Part shown: piece after piece, positions 1 through 8,742 of the stretch
Layout: each line of letters opens with the position of its first letter
Numbering within the stretch: the first letter of the stretch is position 1
Assembly (NCBI GenBank): GCA_964592145.1
Contig: CAZQBX010000002.1
Coordinates: forward strand, 33,634 to 97,633
Reading direction: 5' to 3'
DNA from: an uncultured Ignavibacteria bacterium
Lineage (GTDB): Bacteria; Zixibacteria; MSB-5A5; CAIYYT01
DNA length: 64,000 nt
Notes under the pieces: generated by a model
The model's database searches: none
The model's input: the letters and a program-made list of their open reading frames with translations, nothing else
What the model was told of the DNA's origin: nothing
Made by a program: the position numbers and the translations under genes

Positions 1-1
1 G

Positions 2-292
2 GTCGCACGACACTATGACGAGACCTTGATGTCGATACTGCCGGGTGCGCCGGAGTTTGATGCACGCTTCGAGACACCGACCAAAGCCGAACGCGCTGCG
101 CAACTGCGCGGATATGTGACACGCAATCGCGACAAGATCGTGGTGCGGATGTTGATCAATGTTCTCTGGGTAGGAGATCAGAGCGAGAAGTCTGCTGCAT
201 TGTCGGCTTTGTCACGTGAGACAGGGGTTCGGTTCAATACTGCAGCAGAGTGGTCGCAATGGTACCGGGATGGTAGGCCGGACGATTGGTAG
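2..292 (+). CDS. hypothetical protein, 5' partial (open from window edge)
   Basis: Reading frame open from position 2 with no upstream stop; the ORF-track ATG at 26 is internal. No recognisable motif. Confidence 0.3.
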   Translation, partial: VARHYDETLMSILPGAPEFDARFETPTKAERAAQLRGYVTRNRDKIVVRMLINVLWVGDQSEKSAALSALSRETGVRFNTAAEWSQWYRDGRPDDW

Positions 293-338
293 GGAGCAGC
301 AAAGATGTCGAAACCGCAGGGATTTGGCCTACTGATCG

Positions 339-1790
339 TCAGGGACACATGGCACACGGGTCTGGTCCGCCGAAGAAGATGTAGTTGATCAAATAGACGA
401 CATCGGAAATCGTGACCGAGCCGCTGCAATCAGCATCGGCGGATTCCAGTGGATTTGGCGCAGTTCCGCCGCTAAAAATGTAATTAATCAGAAAAACCAC
501 GTCGCTGATGTTCACCTGGGCATTTTTGTCGGCATCGCCACACAGAAAAGGCAGAACCGTGATTGTTCCGCTGACAAAAACCGGAAGAATGGCATTGTTG
601 TCCATTCCAGTGAGCATTGACTCGGCATTGCCGGGAGGCTCATAATTTACCATGCGGAATTTCGTTGTCCCCGGAGCAATAGGGTTGAAACGAATGGAGA
701 AAATAGGTCCAGAGCCTGGACTTATCAATATGTCAACCGTTGTCATCCAACTGCTAAATGCGAATTCACGGTCGTCAGGATTATAGCCGTAACCGTCATG
801 GAGCTGACCTGCAAGGAGGGGATTGATTCTTGGCCTAGCCATGTCATGTTGCGATGTAGAAGGGGGCTCAAGCATACTCGTATCTATCATTTCCCACGCC
901 AGGCTGAAGCTGCCAATTGCTTCGTCGTTGAAAAGGTTGAAATCGATGAATTGTGGAATACCGACGTATAGAGTATCGGACACGAAAGATACAGTGTCGC
1001 GCACGCCTGGATCATAGTAGAATGACGGATTATAGGTACCGCAGGAGCAGGGAGGAGGCCCGTTATGTACTCGGTAGGCGATAAGATGGTTGATGTCTCT
1101 AATGTCCAATTGGCGGTCGCAGTTTATATCCAATGATTGGTACGATCCATCGACCAACCAGTAGTGTCCAACTAAGCTCTTGTAGGCACGAAGCTGATCA
1201 GTGACAGTAAACCAACCGTCGCCATCTGCATCACCGATCATATAATCGCAGGCGACGTGAATCTCACCTGATTGAAATTGAGGCACAAAGCTGTTCGCCG
1301 AAACATCGGTCACAACCAGGCCCGAAGCACCCGAAGTATCCAACACAACGGTCCCGCCAAATCGAGGTCGAAACCACAATTTGCAAATCTGGCCGCTGCC
1401 GACAGGGAGGCTCGATCCAGAATTCACCTCGAATTGAATGAGTACCTTTTCGGTGACGAAGGAATCAGTCTCGACGATGACAGCCTGCCGGAAGTCAAGA
1501 ATTGCCGGATCTTCAAGACGACCTCCGGTGAACGAAACGGAGTCAAATGTTGCCCAACCAGAAGAGCAGTCAATCAGCAGCGGAATCTCGATAACAGTTA
1601 GTTCTTCATCGTTGAAGAGGTAAATGGGGATTGGGATGGACTGATAAGGCAATCCCCAGCTTGCACAGCTGCATGAGTCGCTTCCGATCGAGAGTGTGTC
1701 TGCAACTCCGGGGTCTTGCGCAAACAAACAACGAATCGATACAATCGTAATGACGACGATCAGTGCAGTGAGGGTTTTCAAGGACTCCAT
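339..1790 (-). CDS. secreted dockerin-repeat protein, tandem paralog 1
   Basis: Signal-peptide-like N-terminus MESLKTLTALIVVITIVSIRCLFAQDP at the internal ATG (1790), with GGAG about 7 nt upstream. The C-terminus carries two dockerin type-I-like repeats (DADKNAQVNISDVVFLINYIF / DADCSGSVTISDVVYLINYIF) and there are further Dx[DN]xDG-type calcium-loop-like repeats in the middle. The longer ORF-track start at 1865 is probably not used. Confidence 0.75.
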   Translation of the reverse strand: MESLKTLTALIVVITIVSIRCLFAQDPGVADTLSIGSDSCSCASWGLPYQSIPIPIYLFNDEELTVIEIPLLIDCSSGWATFDSVSFTGGRLEDPAILDFRQAVIVETDSFVTEKVLIQFEVNSGSSLPVGSGQICKLWFRPRFGGTVVLDTSGASGLVVTDVSANSFVPQFQSGEIHVACDYMIGDADGDGWFTVTDQLRAYKSLVGHYWLVDGSYQSLDINCDRQLDIRDINHLIAYRVHNGPPPCSCGTYNPSFYYDPGVRDTVSFVSDTLYVGIPQFIDFNLFNDEAIGSFSLAWEMIDTSMLEPPSTSQHDMARPRINPLLAGQLHDGYGYNPDDREFAFSSWMTTVDILISPGSGPIFSIRFNPIAPGTTKFRMVNYEPPGNAESMLTGMDNNAILPVFVSGTITVLPFLCGDADKNAQVNISDVVFLINYIFSGGTAPNPLESADADCSGSVTISDVVYLINYIFFGGPDPCAMCP

Positions 1791-1907
1791 CTTCTTGCTC
1801 CCGAAACTGCCGTGGCCGGCAGCTTGACATTTGGCGAAGATTATTTGTAGTACAATATAGAGCAACGATGTCGAAGCCGCCAGCGGTTTCGACCTACGAG
1901 CTGATTG

Positions 1908-3359
1908 CTATAGACACATGGCACACGGGTCTGGTCCGCCGAAGAAGATGTAGTTGATCAAATAGACGACATCGGAAATCGTGACCGAGCCGCTGCAATC
2001 AGCATCGGCGGATTCCAGTGGATTTGGCGCAGTTCCGCCGCTAAAAATGTAATTAATCAGAAAAACCACGTCGCTGATGTTCACCTGGGCATTTTTGTCG
2101 GCATCGCCACACAGAAAAGGCAGAACCGTGATTGTTCCGCTGACAAAAACCGGAAGAATGGCATTGTTGTCCAATCCAGTGAGCATTGATTCGGCATTGC
2201 CGGGAGGCTCATAATTGACCATGCGGAATTTCGTTGTCCCCGGAGCGAGAGGTTCGAATCGAATGGAAAATACATGCCCGGAGCCTGGACTTATTAATGT
2301 GTCAATCTCCCACCTCCAACTGCTCAAGCCGAATTGATTCGGATATGAGCCGTAACCTTCATAGTCGTTAAGCTCTGTTACATAAAGGGGATTGATTCTT
2401 GGCCCAGCCATATCATCGGCGAATCTCCAGGGTGTTCGAAGAATTGTAGTGTTCTCGACATTCCAGTTAAAGCTGAAGCTGCGAATCGCCTCGTCGTTGA
2501 AGAGGTTAAATTCGATGAACTCTGGAATGCCTACGTACATGGTATCGGACGCAAATGATACTGTGTCGCGCACGCCCGGATCAAAATAGTATGCCGGGTT
2601 ATAGGTACCACAGGAGCATGGGGGGTGACCATCATAGACTGAGTAGCTGATTAGGTAATTGATGTCCCTAAGGTCCAGATGACGATCGCAATTGATATCA
2701 AATGATTGGTAATATCCGGCGGAGACCCAAAAGTGTCCTACCAAGCACTTGTGGATGCGAAGCCAGTCGTTGGAATTTGCATGCCCGGAACCATCTGCGT
2801 CTCCAACAACATAATCGCAGGCGATTTGAATCTCACCTGATTGAAATTGCGGCACAAAGCTGGTTGCCGAAACATCAGTCAGAATCAGGCCCGAAGCACC
2901 CGAAGTATCCAATACAACGGTCCCGCCAAAGCGCACTCGAAACCACAACTTGCAGATCTGGCCGCTGCCAACGGCGAGGTTCAAACCGGAACTCACCCCG
3001 AATTGAATGCTTACCTTTTCGGTGACGAAGGAGTCAGTCTCGACGATGACAGCCTGCCGGAAGTCAAGAATTGCCGGATCGTCAAGACGACCGCCGGTAA
3101 AAGAAACCGAGTCAAAGGTCGCCCAACCAGAAGAGCAATCAATCAGCAGCGGAATCTCGATTGAAGTGAGTTCCTCATCGTTTGCCAGGAATACTGGAAT
3201 TGGTATCGACTGTGAAGGTACTCCAAAGTTGGCACAGGCGCATGAGTCGCTCCCAATTGAAAGCGTGTCCGCAACTCCGGGATCTTGCGCGAACAAACAG
3301 CGAATCGATACAATTGTAATGACGACGATCAGTACAGTGAGGTTTCTTAAGGATTCCAT
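1908..3359 (-). CDS. secreted dockerin-repeat protein, tandem paralog 2
   Basis: Same length as paralog 1 (483 aa) from the internal ATG at 3359 (MESLRNLTVLIVVITIVSIRCLFAQDP). The C-terminal roughly 140 aa and the signal peptide are nearly identical to paralog 1, while the middle has diverged. The ORF-track N-terminal extension to 3674 overlaps the pilT end and is unlikely to be real. Confidence 0.75.
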   Translation of the reverse strand: MESLRNLTVLIVVITIVSIRCLFAQDPGVADTLSIGSDSCACANFGVPSQSIPIPVFLANDEELTSIEIPLLIDCSSGWATFDSVSFTGGRLDDPAILDFRQAVIVETDSFVTEKVSIQFGVSSGLNLAVGSGQICKLWFRVRFGGTVVLDTSGASGLILTDVSATSFVPQFQSGEIQIACDYVVGDADGSGHANSNDWLRIHKCLVGHFWVSAGYYQSFDINCDRHLDLRDINYLISYSVYDGHPPCSCGTYNPAYYFDPGVRDTVSFASDTMYVGIPEFIEFNLFNDEAIRSFSFNWNVENTTILRTPWRFADDMAGPRINPLYVTELNDYEGYGSYPNQFGLSSWRWEIDTLISPGSGHVFSIRFEPLAPGTTKFRMVNYEPPGNAESMLTGLDNNAILPVFVSGTITVLPFLCGDADKNAQVNISDVVFLINYIFSGGTAPNPLESADADCSGSVTISDVVYLINYIFFGGPDPCAMCL

Positions 3360-3506
3360 CTTCTTGCTCCCGAAACTGCCGCGGCCGGCAGCTTGACATT
3401 TGGCGAAGATTATCTGTAGTACAATATAGAGTCTGATCGCCAGATTGGCAAGCCCAAAGGGCAGGAAGATGTCAAGCCCCAAGAGGGCTTGACCTACTAA
3501 ACTAAG

Positions 3507-3538
3507 TAAAAACGGTCCGAACCTTGCGGCTCGGACCG
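3507..3538 (-). terminator. rho-independent terminator downstream of pilT
   Basis: Stem cggtccga (3513-3520) pairs with tcggaccg (3531-3538). On the minus strand the stem is followed by TTTTTA (the plus-strand A-tract at 3507-3512). Confidence 0.55.
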
Positions 3539-3567
3539 TCGAAGTAACAAGCTGTTGGGGAAGGCTC

Positions 3568-4680
3568 TTAGTGTTGCCCTGCTGAAAACGCCGTCCAGGC
3601 GGTATCAGATGAACCGGTAATACCCTTGATGCGCAGATCGAAGTCGTCGGGGTTACTGGCGTTGCGCATGGCATCTTCGTAAGTGATGTGACCGGCGCGA
3701 TACAGTTTCATGATCGACTGGTCGAAGGACTGCATGCCGTACTGCACGTTGCCGCCTTCGATGAATTCGATGATCGATGAGGTCTTCATCGGATCAATGA
3801 TGGCGTCGCGAATGGCGCCGGTCGAAACGGCGACCTCGACTGCTGGAACTCGGCCCGGCATATCGGCGCGCGGCAAAAGACGCTGGCAGACGATCGCCTT
3901 GAGTGTGCCGGCAAGGAGCAGACGAATCTGCTGATGCTGGTGCGGCGGGAAGAACGAAATCACGCGCGTGATAGTTTCGACCACGTTCATCGTATGCAGG
4001 GTTGTCAGTACCAGATGCCCGGTGTCGGCGGCGGCGAGGGCGATGCCCATCGTTTCGGCATCGCGAATTTCGCCGATGAGAATGACATCGGGATCCTGAC
4101 GGAACGCGTGGCGCAAAGCGGCGGCGAAGTTTTCCGAATCGGCGCCGATCTCGCGCTGGCAAATGATTGATTTCTTGTCTTTGTAGATATATTCGATCGG
4201 GTCTTCGATGGTGACGATGTTCTCGGCGCGATTCGAATTGAGATGCTCGATGATCGCGGCGAGCGTGGTCGACTTACCGGAACCGGTGGTGCCGGTGACA
4301 ATCACGAGACCGCGGCGGGCATCGCACAGATCGGTGATGACCTCGGGCAGATTCAGATCTTCAAATGAAGGAACCAGCGTATTGACCGCACGAATGGCGA
4401 TACCGGGAGTGCCGCGCTGGCGATAAAGGTTGATACGGAAACGGCCGAGCTTGGTGACCGAAAGAGCCAAGTCCATTTCGTTGCGTGCGGCAAAGCGTTT
4501 CTGTTGCTCGGGGGAGAGAATCTGCGAGACGATCTCAGTCATCGCTTCTTTGGAAATCGGTTCGGTATTAATTGCAACCAGTTTGCCGTGCACGCGGAGT
4601 GTAGGTTTGATACCAACACGCAGGTGCAAGTCGGATGCAACGAGGTGCTGCATCTCTACCAGCATGTCACGCAGGTTCAT
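3568..4680 (-). CDS. pilT: type IV pilus twitching-motility ATPase PilT
   Basis: Walker A GTTGSGKSTT and the PilT/PilU-family motifs, with the overall PilT pattern (ED.NLP....L, His box TLHT). Confidence 0.93.
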   Translation of the reverse strand: MNLRDMLVEMQHLVASDLHLRVGIKPTLRVHGKLVAINTEPISKEAMTEIVSQILSPEQQKRFAARNEMDLALSVTKLGRFRINLYRQRGTPGIAIRAVNTLVPSFEDLNLPEVITDLCDARRGLVIVTGTTGSGKSTTLAAIIEHLNSNRAENIVTIEDPIEYIYKDKKSIICQREIGADSENFAAALRHAFRQDPDVILIGEIRDAETMGIALAAADTGHLVLTTLHTMNVVETITRVISFFPPHQHQQIRLLLAGTLKAIVCQRLLPRADMPGRVPAVEVAVSTGAIRDAIIDPMKTSSIIEFIEGGNVQYGMQSFDQSIMKLYRAGHITYEDAMRNASNPDDFDLRIKGITGSSDTAWTAFSAGQH

Positions 4681-4737
4681 CGGTCTCTCCTTGACGGTTG
4701 TTCCGGAAACCAGACCGATGAGTCAGTAGATCAGGAT

Positions 4738-5259
4738 TTAGGTCGGTTCGACGATGAACAGCGCCTGACCAAATTCCACCGGCTGGGAGTTTTCCACCAT
4801 GCGTTTGACGACTACGCCGTCAAATTCCGCTTCGATCTCATTCATCAGCTTCATCGCTTCGATGATGCAGATCGTCTGGCCCTTGGTGATGCGCGTGCCG
4901 ATGTCAACGAACGGCGGCGCACCCGGTTCGGGCGAGGTGTAAAACGTTCCAACCATCGGAGACTTGATCTCCTTACCCTTGGCGACCGCAGGTTGCGGTG
5001 CGACAGGTTGTGGTTGCGGCATTACCTGCATTGGCTGCGGAGCAGGAGCAGGGGCAGCCACCTCAATCGTCGGCAAAGTAGAAGTCACCTGTGATTTAGC
5101 AACAGTGATGTGACCATGCGAACCGCCGTTGGAACCGTTGCTCACTTCGGGGCTGCGCTTGATGATCATCACATTGCTGAACCAGTTTTTGACTGTCAGC
5201 GACTCAATGTCCGACGATTCCACCAACTTCACCAGTTTCCGGATAGTTTCTTCGTTCAT
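4738..5259 (-). CDS. accB: biotin carboxyl carrier protein of acetyl-CoA carboxylase
   Basis: Biotinylation motif [11 protein letters not shown] near the C-terminus and an Ala/Pro-rich linker (APAPAPQP...). Confidence 0.9.
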   Translation of the reverse strand: MNEETIRKLVKLVESSDIESLTVKNWFSNVMIIKRSPEVSNGSNGGSHGHITVAKSQVTSTLPTIEVAAPAPAPQPMQVMPQPQPVAPQPAVAKGKEIKSPMVGTFYTSPEPGAPPFVDIGTRITKGQTICIIEAMKLMNEIEAEFDGVVVKRMVENSQPVEFGQALFIVEPT

Positions 5260-5319
5260 TACTTTCTATGACCGGGCTGAATCAACCCTACTCCTGATTA
5301 TCGAATGTTTTTCCAAAAA

Positions 5320-6405
5320 CTATAGTTCCAGCAACGACTTATCGGCTTTATTCATGACCCGACAGCCATTTCTGGTGATAACAACATCATCTTCAATGCG
5401 GACGCCGCCCCAGCCGTCAATATACACACCCGGCTCGACCGTAACAACCATGTTGGGCTGTAACACTGTGTCGGACAAGGGGCTAAGGCGTGGTTCTTCG
5501 TGAATCAACAATCCGATTCCGTGGCCCAAACCGTGTCCAAAATTCTTGCCATAGCCAGCTTTGGCGATGATATCGCGAACGTGCTTATCTACAGCAGAGC
5601 CCTTTAAACCCGCTTTGGCCTTGCGAGTTCCAGCAACTTGTGCCTTCAATACAAGATTATAGATTTTCTTTTGCTGGGCGGAGGCTTTGCCGACCACCAC
5701 CGTTCTGGTGATGTCGGAATGATACCCGGCGTAAATTGCGCCGAAATCCAAGGTTACAAAATCCCCCTTCTTGATGATTTTGTACGAGGCGCGTCCATGT
5801 GGCAACGCCGAGCGATAACCCGAGGCAATGATCGTCTCAAATGACGGATCTTCCGAGCCGAGCATTTTCATTTGATACTCCAACTCGGCCGCGACCTCAG
5901 ATTCGCGAATGCCCGGTTTGATGATCTGCAGAATACGCGCGAAAGCGACATCCGCAATGTCTACCGCCTTTTGAATGTTTTTGACTTCATCACTGTCTTT
6001 TACCGAAGCGAGAGTTTCGACAATGAAGGTTGTCGGTGCGAACAGCGCAGCCGGCAAGAGCGCCTTGAGCATATTGAGGTTCTTGACCGCCATATAAGCT
6101 TCAAGGTATCCCACACGGAGATTCTTCGCATTGAGCGGCTTGATCTTTGGCAATTCGGTATAGAGGTCGCGCTGGGCGATCATGATCTTCGCGCCCTTGA
6201 CTTCTTTGCTGACCTGGGCTTTGTAACGGAAGTCGGTAATGAAATGCGCCTCGTTGGCGAAAACGACCAATACCCCATTGGAACCGGTATACCCGCATAA
6301 ATAGCGCACTTGCGACAGCTCGGTTACCAACAGGCAGTCGAGGTTGAGTCCTTTGATGATTCCTTGCAGCTTCTTAATTCTAACTTGCATGTCGTCCTTA
6401 TCCAC
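5320..6405 (-). CDS. M24-family Xaa-Pro aminopeptidase (PepP-like)
   Basis: Creatinase/prolidase N-terminal domain followed by a pita-bread fold with metal ligands, for example HGLGHGIGLLIHEEP. Confidence 0.88.
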   Translation of the reverse strand: MDKDDMQVRIKKLQGIIKGLNLDCLLVTELSQVRYLCGYTGSNGVLVVFANEAHFITDFRYKAQVSKEVKGAKIMIAQRDLYTELPKIKPLNAKNLRVGYLEAYMAVKNLNMLKALLPAALFAPTTFIVETLASVKDSDEVKNIQKAVDIADVAFARILQIIKPGIRESEVAAELEYQMKMLGSEDPSFETIIASGYRSALPHGRASYKIIKKGDFVTLDFGAIYAGYHSDITRTVVVGKASAQQKKIYNLVLKAQVAGTRKAKAGLKGSAVDKHVRDIIAKAGYGKNFGHGLGHGIGLLIHEEPRLSPLSDTVLQPNMVVTVEPGVYIDGWGGVRIEDDVVITRNGCRVMNKADKSLLEL

Positions 6406-6985
6406 AAAGTTTGAGTTTGTCGTACAGGTGTTGATCGCCTGGCGATTCCTTGAGCAGGCGCCGGTAAATCAACTTCGCTTTTTCAAAATAACCCTGCATC
6501 CGAAACAAGTCCGCTGCAGTTTCAGTGACCAGGAAATCGTGTTCCAGTTCGGGTGTCTCGACTTCGAAGAAACCGATTTCTTTCATCCGCGCAGCAATGG
6601 TTTCGGAATCGGATTCCAGCGTCGCTGCCTGGAGATAGTACTTCCGGGCCTCGGGGAGGTTGCCTTCGGTCTTCAGTACATCGCCCAGTTTGAGTAAGGT
6701 CAGCGGATTGTCAGGCTCTCGCCTCAGCGCTTCGAAATAGGTGAAAGTCGCAGCGACAGGATTGCCGCGCAGGCAGTATAAGTCGCCCAACACCTGGAAG
6801 CCTGACGAGTATTCCGGAAATGCAGTTATTCCCGCCTGAAGCAGTTCCTGGGCTTCTTCGAGTTTCTCTGCTGCGATCAATTGCTCGGCCCGACGGGCGA
6901 AATCGTAACCCGGGGATGTTGTTTTCCCCGAATCAGCATCTTCCCCGGTAATGCGATTATTCGTCTGCTGGGCAGAATAATCCAT
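6398..6985 (-). CDS. TPR-repeat protein
   Basis: Several TPR-like 34-mers (AxxxYxxAL..P.N); its stop overlaps the pepP start by 8 nt. Confidence 0.7.
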   Translation of the reverse strand: MDYSAQQTNNRITGEDADSGKTTSPGYDFARRAEQLIAAEKLEEAQELLQAGITAFPEYSSGFQVLGDLYCLRGNPVAATFTYFEALRREPDNPLTLLKLGDVLKTEGNLPEARKYYLQAATLESDSETIAARMKEIGFFEVETPELEHDFLVTETAADLFRMQGYFEKAKLIYRRLLKESPGDQHLYDKLKLCG

Positions 6986-7270
6986 GACCCTCCCACGTAG
7001 TGTCGAAAAACGATAGGTGTGGGGGGGCTAAAGGTCAAGAAAAAACTGAAGGTCGAGCCGGGTTAACGGGATGTGAGCGTTAGACCGGCGACGGATCAAA
7101 TCAGATTATTTAAGTGACAGTTCTGGTTTTGCCTGAAGGTGCCGATAAATCCAGAGGCGGGGATGGCGGAACTATCCTTGACAATTCTCGGTTTCGCTGT
7201 ATATGTAATGGTTAGATTGGATCTCACCAAAGCATCAGCTGTTGTTCGAATTCCCTTTTGTACGAGGTAA

Positions 7271-8671
7271 TTGCGCTTGGCAGGAGTCCTTCACAAGTTA
7301 TATCTGAAGAGCCCTGGACCGGTTCAAGATCTGGCGGTTTCATTGTATGGAGCGAAATTGTACTTTCGCGAGTACGGAAGCGAGTTCAGGAAGCTACTGG
7401 GCGAATTTGAGGCACATGCCCAATATTCGGCAACGGAGCTTGAAGCCTACCAATCGGAGAGAATCCAAAAACTAATTCAGCATTGTTATGAACACGTGCC
7501 ATATTATCGGCGGGTCATGGAGGAGCGAAAGCTCGTTCCGAATGACTTCCGAAAGGCAGCCGATCTGGAGAAACTTCCGATTCTCACGCGACAGACAATG
7601 GCTGAGAATAGCGAAGACTTGATTGCACGGAATTACAAGAAGTCACAGTTAATTGTTGGTTATACCTCCGGCACCACGGCGAATCCCATTCGGATCGTTT
7701 GGGATAAACGGGTCTGTTTAATCAAGACAGTTGTCGACTGGAGGCAGAAGCGTCAAGGGGGGATTGAACCTTTTGATCGTATCGCCTATTTCATCGGTCG
7801 CCAAATTGTCCCAGCGACGGTTAAGCGTCCGCCGTATTGGCGTCATAACTGGGTCTTGAATCACCTCTTCTTCTCGGCATTTCATCTCGCGCACAAAAAT
7901 ATGGATTGTTATCTGGAAAAGTTGGCCAAGTTCAATCCGCGGGCGCTCGAGGGTTTTCCGTCGACGTTGTCGTTTCTTGCGACTTATCTCAATCGTAGTG
8001 GTCGGACTTTTCCGGTCAAGGCAGTGTTTACTTCTGCGGAGCCGTTGTTGCCGAGTCAACGCGAAGCGATTGAGAAAGCGTTTTGCTGCAAGGTATTCGA
8101 TTTTCTTGGGATGTCAGAGCGCGTGATCTTCGCCACCGAGTGCGCGCGGCACGAAGGCAAGCATCTCGACACAGATTTTGGTTATACCGAGATCATCGGA
8201 GACGAGGATGCCCCGCACAGCAAGGGTTTTGGTCGGATCGTGGCAACCGGTCTGCATAATTATGCCCAACCATTGATCCGCTATAAGACGAGCGATGTCT
8301 CTTCAATGTATGAGGAGCCGTGTTCCTGCTGCCGGCCGTTCCCGCGGATCCATGATGTCACCACGCGTGACGAAGACATCGTGACCACGCCGGATGGACG
8401 GTATCTTTCGCCCTCGGCGCTGGGTACGGCGACCAAGGATCTGGTTTCTGTTGAGCACCTACAGATTGTTCAGGAAGACTTGCACAATGTAGTTCTTCGT
8501 CTGGTCCCACGTCCTGATTTTCGCCCGGAGGAATTGATTTCGGTGCGTAAATCGCTTCAGAACATCCTTGGAGACCAGGTAAAAATACGAATCGAGACAG
8601 TCGACAACATTTCGCGCACTTCATCGGGCAAATTCCGCTGGGTGATTTCCAACGTTCCATTGAAGTTTTAA
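7271..8671 (+). CDS. phenylacetate-CoA ligase family adenylate-forming enzyme (PaaK/CapK/F390-synthetase-like)
   Basis: AMP-binding motif YTSGTTANP and C-terminal SSGKFRWV typical of this family. The TTG start is at 7271, with an alternative TTG at 7277 placed 8 nt after GAGGT. Confidence 0.8.
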   Translation: MRLAGVLHKLYLKSPGPVQDLAVSLYGAKLYFREYGSEFRKLLGEFEAHAQYSATELEAYQSERIQKLIQHCYEHVPYYRRVMEERKLVPNDFRKAADLEKLPILTRQTMAENSEDLIARNYKKSQLIVGYTSGTTANPIRIVWDKRVCLIKTVVDWRQKRQGGIEPFDRIAYFIGRQIVPATVKRPPYWRHNWVLNHLFFSAFHLAHKNMDCYLEKLAKFNPRALEGFPSTLSFLATYLNRSGRTFPVKAVFTSAEPLLPSQREAIEKAFCCKVFDFLGMSERVIFATECARHEGKHLDTDFGYTEIIGDEDAPHSKGFGRIVATGLHNYAQPLIRYKTSDVSSMYEEPCSCCRPFPRIHDVTTRDEDIVTTPDGRYLSPSALGTATKDLVSVEHLQIVQEDLHNVVLRLVPRPDFRPEELISVRKSLQNILGDQVKIRIETVDNISRTSSGKFRWVISNVPLKF

Positions 8672-8695
8672 AGCAAAACCTCAAAAAACAAAATA

Positions 8696-8717
8696 GGGAC
8701 ACAGCAAGCTGTGTCCC
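8696..8717 (-). terminator. rho-independent terminator downstream of the M32 carboxypeptidase
   Basis: gggacacag / ctgtgtccc 9-bp stem. On the minus strand it is followed by a T-rich tract (the plus-strand aaaaaacaaaata at 8683-8695). Confidence 0.6.
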
Positions 8718-8742
8718 CGTAATAGGCCATCGCGCTTCGCGG

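Larger units (their letters stand above)
300..3422. repeat. tandem direct duplication of about 1.56 kb, two units (about 300-1861 and 1862-3422)
   Basis: Long identical stretches are visible directly, for example 348-600 versus 1917-2170. The promoter-proximal 60-mer ctgccg(t/c)ggccggcagcttgacatttggcgaagattat(t/c)tgtagtacaatatagag occurs at 1808-1861 and 3369-3422. Confidence 0.9.

Noticed and set aside
339-3674. Long ORF-track versions of the two dockerin-repeat genes (508 and 588 aa) with N-terminal extensions
   Set aside because: Both have an internal ATG giving an identical 483-aa product that begins with a signal peptide and is preceded by GGAG. The 588-aa extension would overlap the pilT 3' end and has no counterpart in the paralog.
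3710-5094. Several plus- and minus-strand ORFs (74-196 aa) inside pilT/accB, for example 4504-5094
   Set aside because: They are antisense or out-of-frame to strongly supported genes, and their products are Arg/Ser-rich with low complexity. They are most likely non-coding.
7178-7207. TTGACA-N16/17-TATATG as a sigma-70 promoter for the CoA-ligase gene
   Set aside because: The -35 is perfect but the -10 is weak (it lacks the final T). It is plausible but not well enough supported to list as a feature.
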